From: Candidatus Latescibacterota bacterium
GTDB lineage: Bacteria; Latescibacterota; UBA2968; UBA8231
Direction: 5' to 3'
NCBI GenBank assembly: GCA_964291625.2
Contig: OZ220089.1
Coordinates: forward strand, 1,824,001-1,888,000
Length of the DNA: 64,000 bases
The notes under the pieces were generated by a model. It was not told where the DNA came from and did not search any database. It worked only from the letters and a program-made list of their open reading frames with translations. Numbering within the stretch: the stretch's first letter is position 1; every line of letters begins with the position of its first letter. Of the stretch, positions 27,274 to 36,509 are shown piece after piece. The translations under genes were made by a program, and so were the position numbers.

Positions 27274-28437
27274 ATGGTAGATTACGAGGCCCGCGGCGTA
27301 TCGCCGCACAAGCTCGACGTTCACAACGCTCTAGTGGGCGTCGATCCCGGTCTGTTCCCCGGCGCATTCTGCAAGGCGATACCCGATGTACTGGGCGCTT
27401 CGCCCGAGCATTGCTACATTCTGCACGCCGACGGCGCGGGCACAAAATCCTCGCTGGCATATCTGCACTATAGACGCCACGGCGACATCCGCGTATTCGA
27501 ACGCCTGGCGCAGGATTCGCTGGCGATGAATCTCGACGACCTCCTCTGCGTTGGCGCTGTCGGACCATTTGCGCTTTCAAACATCATCGGCCGCAATGCG
27601 CGCGCTATCGGAGGGGAAGTAATAGCGGCGGTTATCCGCGGCTATAGCGATTTCGCCGCATCGCTGCGTCCCCACGGCGTAGAGATCGTCTCCTGCGGCG
27701 GGGAAACGGCCGACTTAGGCGATCTGGTGCGCACCATCACTATCGATTCCACGCTGGCGACACGGATGCTGCGCTCGGATTTTATTGACTGCGCCAAGGT
27801 TCAGCCCGGTCACGACTTGGTGGGCTTGGCGTCGTTCGGCAGGGCTGGCTACGAGTCGATCCCCAATTCGGGCATCGGCTCCAATGGGTTTACCTCGGCT
27901 CGGCATGACCTACTCCACAGCCGTTTCCGCACGCAGTTTCCCGAGTCGTTCGCTCCTGAGATCGCCGAAGTCGCTTACACCGGTCCAGCCGATATCGACG
28001 ACGCCCTTCCCGGTTCGGAGATGACGGTTGGAGACGCCCTGCTATCGCCCACGCGCACTTATGCTCCGATCATGCTGCTGGTCCTGGAGCGCTTCCGTCA
28101 ATCTATTTCCGCCGTGTTCCACAACTCCGGCGGCGGACAAACCAAGTGTCTGAACTTTGGCGAGAACATCCGGTATATCAAGGACAATCTTTTTGAGCCG
28201 CCCGCCATCTTCAAATTTATCCAATCCAGCGCTGGGCGCAGCATGCGCGAAATGCTGATCGTGTTTAATATGGGGCACCGCCTGGAACTCGCCTGCGATC
28301 CATCGGTAAGCCAGGAGATCATCGATATTGCCGCCCGATTTGGCGTGGAGGGCCGCGTCGTGGGCCGCACGGAGCGCTCAACTAGCGGCAATTCACTGCA
28401 TATCGCCGCCGGGGGAGAGACTATCGATTACACCTGA
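27274..28437 (+). CDS. purM: AIR synthase (PurM-like, Bacteroidota-type long form)
   Basis: 'RGVS', 'HADGAGTKS', 'AMNLDDLLCVG', 'GGETADLGD', 'SNG.TSARH', 'HNSGGGQTK', 'VFNMGHR'. Confidence 0.85.
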   Translation: MVDYEARGVSPHKLDVHNALVGVDPGLFPGAFCKAIPDVLGASPEHCYILHADGAGTKSSLAYLHYRRHGDIRVFERLAQDSLAMNLDDLLCVGAVGPFALSNIIGRNARAIGGEVIAAVIRGYSDFAASLRPHGVEIVSCGGETADLGDLVRTITIDSTLATRMLRSDFIDCAKVQPGHDLVGLASFGRAGYESIPNSGIGSNGFTSARHDLLHSRFRTQFPESFAPEIAEVAYTGPADIDDALPGSEMTVGDALLSPTRTYAPIMLLVLERFRQSISAVFHNSGGGQTKCLNFGENIRYIKDNLFEPPAIFKFIQSSAGRSMREMLIVFNMGHRLELACDPSVSQEIIDIAARFGVEGRVVGRTERSTSGNSLHIAAGGETIDYT

Positions 28438-28492
28438 ATCCCTCAACTCCGGAATCGTTGGCCACAGTATACCGCGCTAAAGCATCGCATCA

Positions 28493-29239
28493 TCATCGGG
28501 TGGAAGGCCCGAGCGCCAAGCTCCCGGTCCAGACCTCGCCCACCGAGCCACCCTCCTCCAGAAGCAACTGCCCCTCCTCGCCGAACCCCGCGAGCACCCC
28601 GCTCAGCCGCTGATCGTCGTCGACCACGGTGACCCGCTCCCCCAGGCCGGCGCAGCGGGCCTCCCAGCCGCCGCGCAGGGCGGCGAATCCCCCACTCCAG
28701 GCCTCCAGCCATGGCTGCAGCCGCAGCAGCAGGCGGGGCAGCACCTGCCGCGGCTCGGGCGCCGAGCCCGTCTCCACGAGGACCGAGGTGGCCGGCTGAT
28801 CGATGGCCTCCGCCTCCTCGCGCGTCATGCCGAGGTTCAGGCCGACGCCGACCACCACCAGGCCCGGTGGCCCGCTCCCCGGCGCCGGCTCGGGCAGGAT
28901 CCCGGCGATCTTGCGGCGGCCCACGATCACGTCGTTGGGCCACTTGGTCTGCGCCGCCAGGCCGTGCTCCTCCAGGCAGTCGGCCACGCCCAGGGCGGCG
29001 GCCATGGCCAGCGATCCCAGGTGGCGGGGGTCCGCCGCGGCATCGAGGACGAAGGAGCAGGCGAGGTCGCTTCCCGGCCGCGACACCCAGGTGCGCCGGC
29101 CCCGCCCGCGGCCCCCGGTCTGATCGTCGGTGGCCAGCACCGTCCCGGGAGGGACGCCCGCTTCGCTCCCGATGCGCTCGAGGAGGAGGGAGTTCGTGGA
29201 AGGGACCTGCTCGATCCATTCAGGGGTGTGGAAGTGCAT
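28493..29239 (-). CDS. birA: Biotin--[acetyl-CoA-carboxylase] ligase
   Basis: 'STNS', 'QTGGRGRGRRTW', 'KWPND', 'KIAGIL', 'GVGLN'. Confidence 0.92.
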   Translation of the reverse strand: MHFHTPEWIEQVPSTNSLLLERIGSEAGVPPGTVLATDDQTGGRGRGRRTWVSRPGSDLACSFVLDAAADPRHLGSLAMAAALGVADCLEEHGLAAQTKWPNDVIVGRRKIAGILPEPAPGSGPPGLVVVGVGLNLGMTREEAEAIDQPATSVLVETGSAPEPRQVLPRLLLRLQPWLEAWSGGFAALRGGWEARCAGLGERVTVVDDDQRLSGVLAGFGEEGQLLLEEGGSVGEVWTGSLALGPSTR

Positions 29240-29283
29240 GGCTGTGCCGCAGGCGCCGGCTTCGGATGACCGGCCGTGGAGCC

Positions 29284-29622
29284 TCAAGGGCCGATGATTT
29301 CGTCCAACCCTTCGACTGTCCGTGCCAACTCCTCGGGAGATGCCGACGCCAGTCTTCGACCAATTCGGTCCATGGACAAGGTGCGGATCTGCCCCACCTT
29401 GACCCAGGATGGCCTGGGCAGATCTTCAGAAGCAAGAGGCAGGGTCAGTGGAAAACCCGCTCGTGGCCGTTGGCTCGTAATCGCCATGGCGATCACCGTA
29501 CCGGAGCGCTGGTTGAATACCTCGTGACTCAAGACGAGAACCGGACGATGTCCGGCCTGTTCCTGGCCCCGGGTCGGATTCAGGTCCGCCCAGCGGATGT
29601 CCCCTCTCAGTATTCTGGCCAA
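29284..29622 (-). CDS. PemK/MazF-family toxin
   Basis: TTG start, 'ILRGDIRWADLNPTRGQEQAGHRPVLVLS', 'QIRTLS..R'. Confidence 0.9.
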   Translation of the reverse strand: MARILRGDIRWADLNPTRGQEQAGHRPVLVLSHEVFNQRSGTVIAMAITSQRPRAGFPLTLPLASEDLPRPSWVKVGQIRTLSMDRIGRRLASASPEELARTVEGLDEIIGP

Positions 29623-29849
29623 GTCTTCACGTCCTCCGCGAGCCCCTCCTCGGCCAACTCCTGTTCGGCGACGGGGTCCAGATGCGCACACTCCCGGGCC
29701 AGTCGGCCGCGTCTGAGCCGTTCCAGTTTTTCGGCTACGGCTTCCTGAATCACCTGACTTCGGTTCTTGAATGCGCGCTGACCGACCAGGTAGTCCAGAT
29801 GCCTGACGATGTTCTCGTCCAGTGTGATCGCGACTTTGGCCTTCCCCAT
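29607..29849 (-). CDS. Ribbon-helix-helix antitoxin
   Basis: 'KVAITLDE...LD.LV...NRSQVIQEAV', ends WPEY; overlaps the toxin start. Confidence 0.88.
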   Translation of the reverse strand: MGKAKVAITLDENIVRHLDYLVGQRAFKNRSQVIQEAVAEKLERLRRGRLARECAHLDPVAEQELAEEGLAEDVKTWPEY

Positions 29850-29865
29850 GTCTCCATGCCCTCCT

Positions 29866-29908
29866 GGTATGGCAATTTATCATACCGAATACCGCGAGAG
29901 GCTGTCAA
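29866..29908 (-). promoter_or_regulatory. TA promoter with operator palindrome
   Basis: TTGACA-N18-TATGAT on the minus strand; GGTATG-N9-CATACC inverted repeat at 29866-29886. Confidence 0.65.
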
Positions 29909-29992
29909 TCGCGGGGGGCTCAGGGCACGGACCCCAGAGCCTCGTCATCGGCGGGAAGGTGCGCGCCGCCGCTGCCCGCCGGAGGCAACCCA

Positions 29993-31186
29993 ATGAGCCG
30001 CTTCGGCGACCTGCCTCTCTCCCGCCCGGCCCACGGCGACTACGGCAGCCTCGAGGAGCCGGTGCGGCGCATCCGGGCCCACCGCCCCCTCGACCTGAAC
30101 GCCGAGCGCTGGCGGGCCCGCCACCCCGGCGGCTCCTTCGAGATGTGGAGGGAGCAGGCCCGGGGCTGTCTGCTGCAGGGGCTGCACTGCGACCCGGGGC
30201 CCGCGGATCTGCGCCCGGAGGTGCTCGCCGTTGAGGAGCGGAACGGCCTGATCGTTGAGCGCGTCGCCTTCGACGCCACCCCCTGGAGCCGCCTCCACGG
30301 GTACTTCCTGCGCCCCTCGGACGCCGGGGGGCCCCTGCCCGGCCTCGTGGTCCTCCACGCCTGGGGCGGGCCCATGCTCTTCGGCAGGGACCGCATCGTC
30401 AACAGCGGCCGCGACCATCCCGTGCTGGTCGAGCACCGGCGCAAGTACTACGGCGGCCGCTACCTCGCCGAGGTCTTCGCTGCTGCCGGGTACGCGGTGA
30501 TCGTCGTCGACGCCTGGCACTTCGGCGAGCGCGCCCCCCGCGGCCTGGACGCCGGCGGCCTGGGCATCCCCGCCCGCTATGATCCCTTCGATCTGGGCGA
30601 GGAGGAGTACGAGGAGCTCGACGGCCGGGTGCGGCAGGCCCTCTACCTGGGCGTGCGTCAGCTCAACTGGGCCGGCACCACATGGATGGGGGTCAACTAC
30701 TGGGACGACAGCCGCTGCGTCGACTACCTGCTCTCACGGCCCGAGGTGGACGGCGGGCGGATCGGATGCACCGGCCTGTCGGGGGGCGGCTGGCGGACGA
30801 ACATGCTCGCCGCCCTGGACGGGCGCATCAGGGCGTCGGTGAGCGTGGGCTGGATGACGACGGGGGACTACCAGCAGGTCTACAACGTGGACGGCGCCAT
30901 CGGCACCTTCTGCCTGCTGCCGGGGGTGTGGGACCGCCTCGACGTGCCCGACCTGACGATCATGTCGGCGCCGGGAGCCGCCATGGTCGTCTCGGGGCAG
31001 CGGGACGAGCTGTTCCCGGTGGAGGGTCAGGCCGACGCCGCGCGCCAGATCCAAGCGGGGTACGAGTGGGCGGGCCTCGGGGACAGCTTCCGCGACTTCC
31101 GGCCCGACAAGGACCACTGCTATGACGCCGAGATCCAGGCCGAGGCTCTAAGGTGGTTCGGCCGGCACCTGGGCGCCGGCGGCTGA
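29993..31186 (+). CDS. Alpha/beta hydrolase (dienelactone hydrolase/acetylxylan esterase-like)
   Basis: 'VDYLLSRPEVD..RIGCTGLSGGG', Asp 'RDELF', His 'KDHCY'. Confidence 0.85.
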   Translation: MSRFGDLPLSRPAHGDYGSLEEPVRRIRAHRPLDLNAERWRARHPGGSFEMWREQARGCLLQGLHCDPGPADLRPEVLAVEERNGLIVERVAFDATPWSRLHGYFLRPSDAGGPLPGLVVLHAWGGPMLFGRDRIVNSGRDHPVLVEHRRKYYGGRYLAEVFAAAGYAVIVVDAWHFGERAPRGLDAGGLGIPARYDPFDLGEEEYEELDGRVRQALYLGVRQLNWAGTTWMGVNYWDDSRCVDYLLSRPEVDGGRIGCTGLSGGGWRTNMLAALDGRIRASVSVGWMTTGDYQQVYNVDGAIGTFCLLPGVWDRLDVPDLTIMSAPGAAMVVSGQRDELFPVEGQADAARQIQAGYEWAGLGDSFRDFRPDKDHCYDAEIQAEALRWFGRHLGAGG

Positions 31187-31191
31187 GACGC

Positions 31192-31548
31192 CTAACCCTT
31201 CTCGGCCTCGATCTGGCGGAAGGGCGCCTCGTTCACGAGATCCTCCACCACCTTGCCGCCGATCAGGTGCTCGGTGATGATGCGCTCGAGCTTCTCCACC
31301 GTCATCGAGTGGTACCAGGTCTGCTCGGGGTAGACCAGCACCGTGGGGCCGCGCTCGCAGACCCGCAGGCAGTCCGCCTTGCTGCGGTGGATCCCGGTGG
31401 TGGGATCGCCGTAGCCCAGCTCGCGCAGGCGGTTCTTCAGGTAGTCCCAGCACTCCTCGCCGGTGCCGTCGGTGTGGCACTTCGGCTTCGTCGGGGTGGC
31501 GCACAGGAAGATGTGACGCCGGATCGTGCTGTCGGTCTGCTCGCTCAT
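31192..31548 (-). CDS. Thioredoxin-like [2Fe-2S] ferredoxin
   Basis: 'RHIFLC...KPKC', 'KADCLRVCERGP..LVYPE..WY', 'EHLIGG'. Confidence 0.88.
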   Translation of the reverse strand: MSEQTDSTIRRHIFLCATPTKPKCHTDGTGEECWDYLKNRLRELGYGDPTTGIHRSKADCLRVCERGPTVLVYPEQTWYHSMTVEKLERIITEHLIGGKVVEDLVNEAPFRQIEAEKG

Positions 31549-32891
31549 GCCCTCCACTCCTCCTCCAGTCGCCGATGCGCGTACGGCCTCGGCTGGTCTC
31601 CCTCGTAGTAACCCACGGTGTGGCCCTCTCCTTCCATCAGGTACTTGTAGGTGGTCAGCCCCTCCAGGCCCACCGGCCCGCGGCTGTGCAGGCGGCCGGT
31701 GCTGATGCCGACCTCGGCGCCCAGGCCGAAGCGGAAGCCGTCGGCGAAGCGCGTCGAGGCGTTCACGAAGACCGACGCCGAGTCCACCCCCTGCAGGAAG
31801 CGCACCGCCGCCGCCCGGTCCTCGGTGACGATCGAGTCGGTGTGGGCGCTGCCGTAGCGGTTGATGTGGTCCACGGCCTCCTCGAGGCCGTCCACGACCT
31901 TCACGGCCAGGATGTAGTCGAGGTACTCGGCCCTCCAGTCCTCCTCCGAGGCCTCCCCCACCCGGCCGTCGCCGGCGATCCTGCAGGTGCGGAGGTCGCC
32001 GCGCAGCTCCACGTCGGCCTCGGTCAGCCGGCCCAGCGCCGTCCCGAGGAAGGCCTCGGCCACGTCGGCGTGGACCAGCAGGGTCTCGGCGGTGCAGCAG
32101 GTGGAGACGTCCTGCACCTTGGCGTCCACCGCCACCTGGAGGGCCTTGTCGAGATCGGCCGCGGCGTCGACGTACACGTGGCAGACGCCGTCGGAGTGGC
32201 CGGTGACGGGGATCTTGGTGTTGTCCATGATGTAGCGCACGAACTCGTTGCTGCCGCGGGGGATGATCAGGTCGATGGCGTCGTCCTGGTCGAGCATGGA
32301 GCGCACGTCCTCGCGCGTCTCCAGCAGGGTGAGCCAGCCCTCGGGCAGGCCCTCGACGGCCGCGGTGGCGCGCGCGATCAGGTCCGCCAGGGCGCGGTTG
32401 GAGCGGGACGCCTCGGAGCCGCCCTTCATGAGCACGGCGTTGCCCGACTTCAGGCAGAGGGCGGCGATCTGCACGAGGGCGTCGGGACGCGACTCGAAGA
32501 TCACGCCGAGGACGCCGATGGGCACGCTCACCTTGAAGAGGCGGAGCCCGTCGTCGACCTCGGTGGCTCGCTGGGTCTGCCACAGCGGGTCCTCCATGGC
32601 GGCGACGCTGCGCACGCTCTCGACGGCGCGCTCGTACTTGCCCGAGGACAGGTCGAGGCGCGACACCAGCGGCTGGCCCAGCTCGCCCCGGGCGGCCAGC
32701 TCCTGCGCCTCGCTACGGTCGGCGGCGTTGGCCTCCAGCATCGCCTCGCGCTCGGCCTCCAGGGCCCGGGCGATCGCCTCGAGGCCGGCGTCGCGCACGT
32801 GGCCCGGAGTGGCCGCCAGCTTGCGCGCCGCATCCCGCGCCTCCATGGCGATCGCGCGCAGATCGGCGGGGGCCTGGGCAGCGGTGCTCAC
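31545..32891 (-). CDS. proA: Glutamate-5-semialdehyde dehydrogenase
   Basis: 'VPIGVLGVIFESRP', 'KSGNAVLMKGGSEA', 'IPRGS', 'NASTRFADG', 'AEVGIST.RLHSRGPVGL'. Confidence 0.95.
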   Translation of the reverse strand: MSTAAQAPADLRAIAMEARDAARKLAATPGHVRDAGLEAIARALEAEREAMLEANAADRSEAQELAARGELGQPLVSRLDLSSGKYERAVESVRSVAAMEDPLWQTQRATEVDDGLRLFKVSVPIGVLGVIFESRPDALVQIAALCLKSGNAVLMKGGSEASRSNRALADLIARATAAVEGLPEGWLTLLETREDVRSMLDQDDAIDLIIPRGSNEFVRYIMDNTKIPVTGHSDGVCHVYVDAAADLDKALQVAVDAKVQDVSTCCTAETLLVHADVAEAFLGTALGRLTEADVELRGDLRTCRIAGDGRVGEASEEDWRAEYLDYILAVKVVDGLEEAVDHINRYGSAHTDSIVTEDRAAAVRFLQGVDSASVFVNASTRFADGFRFGLGAEVGISTGRLHSRGPVGLEGLTTYKYLMEGEGHTVGYYEGDQPRPYAHRRLEEEWRA

Positions 32892-35080
32892 GAGTCCTCC
32901 TGCTTGCGCGCCGACAGGGCCGCCTCGCTGGCGGCGCCCATCATCTTCTGGATCTGCCCCATCACCCGCTGCGGGTCCTCCACCTGCCCCTCGGCGAGGA
33001 GCACGTAGTCGACCAGGAAGTGGGACCACGACTTCAGCTCCTCCGAGTCGCGCTGGGCGCTGAGCAGCTCGCCCATGTTGCGGATCGCCGCGTGCCCGGG
33101 GTTGATCTCGAGGGTCCGCTTGGTGAGGGGGAAGCTCTCGTCGCTGATGCGCATGAGCCGCTCCATCTGCTGGCTCACGCCTCCCTTGGGCGTCACCAGG
33201 GCGCAGGGACTGTCGCTCAGCCGGCTCGACTCCCTCACGTCCCCCACCCGCTCCTCCAGCTCCTTCTTCAGGTAGCTCACCAGCTCGATGGTGCGCTCCT
33301 TCTCGCCGGCGTCCTCGGCGCCTTCGAGCTTGACCTCCTCGGGCAGCTCCACGTCCTCGGCGTCGATCGCCTGGAAGGGCTTGCCGTCGAAGTCCTGCAT
33401 CGAGCCCACCACCCACTCGTCCACCGGGTCGGTGAGGTAGAGGACCTCCAGGTCGTGGCGCCGGAAGGCCTCCAGCAGCGGGCTCTGCTCGACGGCCGGC
33501 CGGCTCTCGCCGCTGAGATAGAAGATCTTCTCCTGGTCCGACTTCATGCGGTCCACGTAGTCCTGCAGGGCGACGAGCCCCTCGGTCTGTGGCGTGCGGC
33601 TCTTCTCCTCGCTCCCGGCGCCCTCATCGGCGTCGGCCTCCGCGTCGGCCACGGCGTCAGCGTCCTGAGCCTCCTCCGCGGTGTGCCCCTCCGCGTCCGC
33701 CTCCTGGGCCGCCTCCTCGGCTTGCGCCTCCCCGGTCTCCGGCTGACCCGCCTCTTCGGCCTGCGCCTCCCCGGCGTCAGCCTGCTGCCCCGCCTCCTCG
33801 GCCTGAGCCTCCCCGGTCTCCGCCTCCGCGGGGCCGGCGTCGGTGGCCAGCTTCCGGGAGAAGGAGGAGTAGAAGCGCAGCAGCTTGCCCACCTGCTCGC
33901 GGTGCTCGAAGTCGCGGGCCACCCCCTCCTTGAGGACGATGCCGAAGGACTCCCAGAAGGTCAGGAAGGCCGCCGGGTCCCGGTCGACGAGACCTTCGAT
34001 GCAGGACAGGACCCGCCGCGTCAGGGTCTGCCGGATCTTGGCCACCACCGGGTTGTTCTGCAGCGACTCGCGGGCCACGTTGAGGGGCAGGTCGTCGCAG
34101 TCGACGACGCCGCGCACGAAGCGCAGGTACAGGGGCAGGACCTCGCAGTCGTCCTGGATGAAGACGCGCTTCACGTGCAGGTTGACGCGCACCTTGGGGT
34201 CGGGGCTGAACAGCAGCTCCAGCGGCGACTGCCGCGGCACGTAGAGGACGGCGTAGAACTGGATCGGCACGTCCACGGCCACGTGCTCCCAGACGAGGGG
34301 CTCCTGGTGGTCGCCGGACAGATGCTGGTAGAACTCCTTGTACTGCTCCTCGGTGATCTCGTTGCGGGGGCGCGCCCACAGCGCCGACGCCTCGTTCGAC
34401 TGCTTGCCGGCCACCTTGATCGGGTAGGCCACGTAGTCGGAGTGGCGGCGCACCACGGACTCCAGGCGGTGGGCGTCGAGGTACTCCTCGCAGTCGGAAC
34501 GCACGAAGACCTCGATCTCGGTGCCGCGGTCGGTCTTGTCGCGAGTCGTGGCCACGGTGTAGCTGCCGTCGCCCGTGGACTCCCAGACCACCGCCTCGGC
34601 GTCGGAATCGGCCGACCGGGTGGTGAGGACGACGCGCTCGGCGACCATGAAGACCGAGTAGAAGCCGACGCCGAACTGGCCGATCAGCTTGAGCCGCTGC
34701 TCCTCGTCCTGCTCGGACGACAACCTCTCCAGAAACTCGCGCGACCCGGAGTGGGCGATGGTGCCGATGTTGCGGTTCACCTCGTCCCGGGTCATGCCGA
34801 CGCCGGTGTCGCGGATGGTCAGCTTGCTGGCGCTCTTGTCGACGCGGATGTCGATCTCGAGCTGGGCGTCGGGGTCGACGATGCCCTGGTCGGTGAGGGA
34901 GCGGAAGCGGATCTTGTCGAGGGCGTCGGAGGCGTTGGAGACCAGCTCCCTCAGGAAGACGTCCTTGTCGGTGTAGAGGGAGTGGACGAGGATCTGCAGG
35001 ACCTGCTGGACCTCGGTCTGGAAGGCCCGCTCCTCGACCTGGGCGTCCTCTTCGCTGGTGGTGCGATGTTCGGTCGTCAT
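32888..35080 (-). CDS. htpG: Molecular chaperone HtpG (Hsp90)
   Basis: 'FLRELVSNASDALDK', 'IGTIAHSG', 'IGQFGVGFYS', 'LPLNVARE.LQ', 'LEINP.H'. Confidence 0.95.
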   Translation of the reverse strand: MTTEHRTTSEEDAQVEERAFQTEVQQVLQILVHSLYTDKDVFLRELVSNASDALDKIRFRSLTDQGIVDPDAQLEIDIRVDKSASKLTIRDTGVGMTRDEVNRNIGTIAHSGSREFLERLSSEQDEEQRLKLIGQFGVGFYSVFMVAERVVLTTRSADSDAEAVVWESTGDGSYTVATTRDKTDRGTEIEVFVRSDCEEYLDAHRLESVVRRHSDYVAYPIKVAGKQSNEASALWARPRNEITEEQYKEFYQHLSGDHQEPLVWEHVAVDVPIQFYAVLYVPRQSPLELLFSPDPKVRVNLHVKRVFIQDDCEVLPLYLRFVRGVVDCDDLPLNVARESLQNNPVVAKIRQTLTRRVLSCIEGLVDRDPAAFLTFWESFGIVLKEGVARDFEHREQVGKLLRFYSSFSRKLATDAGPAEAETGEAQAEEAGQQADAGEAQAEEAGQPETGEAQAEEAAQEADAEGHTAEEAQDADAVADAEADADEGAGSEEKSRTPQTEGLVALQDYVDRMKSDQEKIFYLSGESRPAVEQSPLLEAFRRHDLEVLYLTDPVDEWVVGSMQDFDGKPFQAIDAEDVELPEEVKLEGAEDAGEKERTIELVSYLKKELEERVGDVRESSRLSDSPCALVTPKGGVSQQMERLMRISDESFPLTKRTLEINPGHAAIRNMGELLSAQRDSEELKSWSHFLVDYVLLAEGQVEDPQRVMGQIQKMMGAASEAALSARKQEDS
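33690..33830 (-). repeat. Degenerate 39-bp (13-aa) acidic tandem repeat inside htpG
   Basis: ETGEAQAEEAGQQ / ADAGEAQAEEAGQP / ETGEAQAEEAAQE. Confidence 0.7.
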
Positions 35081-35203
35081 GGGCGTGTTCGGAAGGTGGG
35101 TGGTGTCGCGGCTTCGGGAAGCCAGTGAATTTACGGCCGCCCCCGACCGGGGCAAGACGGGCCTTTGGCCGGTCTCCGGCGGCGCCCGTATCTTCCTGCT
35201 GCC

Positions 35204-36478
35204 ATGGGAACCGACTGCGACCTGCTCATTGTCGGCGCCGGCCCGGCCGGCACCGCCGCCGCCATGTACGCCGCCCGCCAGGGCCTGACCTCCATCGTCG
35301 TCGACCGTGACACCTTCCCGCGCGACAAGATCTGCGGCGACGCCCTGTCCGGGAAGGCCCTCTCCGTCCTCGACGAGCTCGGACTCCTGGAGGGCACGGC
35401 CGCCCTGGAGGGCAGCGAGATCAACCGCGTCCTCATGGCCAGCCCCGAGCACGTCGGCCTCAGCGTCGACCTGCGCGACCGGCGCCACCACGACCCCCTC
35501 ACGGGCCGCGAGCTGCCGCTTCGCGGCTACGTGATCCGCCGGCGCGTCTTCGACCACTTCCTGGTGCGCCAGGCCCGCGCCCAGGGTATCGAAGTGCGGG
35601 AGGGGTTCGCCGTGAAGGACCTGGTTCGCGACGAAGGAGGCCGCGTCGTCGGGGTGCGGGGCCATCGGACGGGCGGCTCCGGCAACGGCAACGGCCACCG
35701 CGGCCCCGAGGAGACCCTGACGGCCCGGGTCGTCCTCGGCTGCGACGGCTTCAACTCCATCGTCGCCCGCCGCGCCGGACTCTACTCCCACGATCCCCCG
35801 CACTGGGTGGTCGCCCTGCGCTGCTACTACGAGGGCGTGACCGGCACCACCGACGAGATCGAGCTGCACTTCGTCGACGAAGTCCGGCCCGGGTACTTCT
35901 GGATCTTCCCCTTGGAGAACGGCGGCGCCAACATCGGCATCGGCATGGTGCACTCGGAGATGAAGCGCCGGGACGTCGACCTGAAGGCCGCCCTGGAGCA
36001 GGTCATCGGCCGGCCGCCCTTCGCCGAGCGCTTCGCCGAGGCCCGGCGGTTGGAGCGGCCCGTGGGCTGGAACCTGCCCGTGGGCAGCCGCCGGCGCCCG
36101 TGCCACGGCGACGGCTTCCTGCTGCTGGGCGACGCCGCCAGCCTGATCGACCCCTTCACCGGCGAGGGCATCGGCAACGCCCTCTACTCGGCCCGCATCG
36201 CCGCCGAGGTCTGCCGCGAAGCCGTGGACGAGGACGACACCTCGGCCGCCGTCCTGGGCCGCTACGAGGACCGCCTCTGGGAGGCCCTCGGCCCCGAGCT
36301 GAAGGTGAGCTACCAGATGCAGCGCATGGGCCGCGTGCGGCCGCTGCTCAACTTCGTCATCGGCAAGGGCGCGCGCTCGCCCAAAGTCTCGGAGCACATC
36401 TGCGGCATGATGGCCAACGCCGTGCCGAAGAAGGAACTGACCAGCCCCCTGTACTACCTCAAGCTGCTCTTGACCTGA
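35204..36478 (+). CDS. Geranylgeranyl reductase-family FAD oxidoreductase
   Basis: 'IVGAGPAG', 'FPRDKICGD', 'GYFWIFP', 'GDAASLIDPFTGEGI'. Confidence 0.9.
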   Translation: MGTDCDLLIVGAGPAGTAAAMYAARQGLTSIVVDRDTFPRDKICGDALSGKALSVLDELGLLEGTAALEGSEINRVLMASPEHVGLSVDLRDRRHHDPLTGRELPLRGYVIRRRVFDHFLVRQARAQGIEVREGFAVKDLVRDEGGRVVGVRGHRTGGSGNGNGHRGPEETLTARVVLGCDGFNSIVARRAGLYSHDPPHWVVALRCYYEGVTGTTDEIELHFVDEVRPGYFWIFPLENGGANIGIGMVHSEMKRRDVDLKAALEQVIGRPPFAERFAEARRLERPVGWNLPVGSRRRPCHGDGFLLLGDAASLIDPFTGEGIGNALYSARIAAEVCREAVDEDDTSAAVLGRYEDRLWEALGPELKVSYQMQRMGRVRPLLNFVIGKGARSPKVSEHICGMMANAVPKKELTSPLYYLKLLLT

Positions 36479-36509
36479 AGAAGATCCACCCGGGGCCGGC
36501 GCCCCGGGC

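Noticed and set aside
35081-36397. 1169-aa HtpG with a long N-terminal extension
   Set aside because: The extension is the antisense of the geranylgeranyl reductase gene; the real start is at 35080
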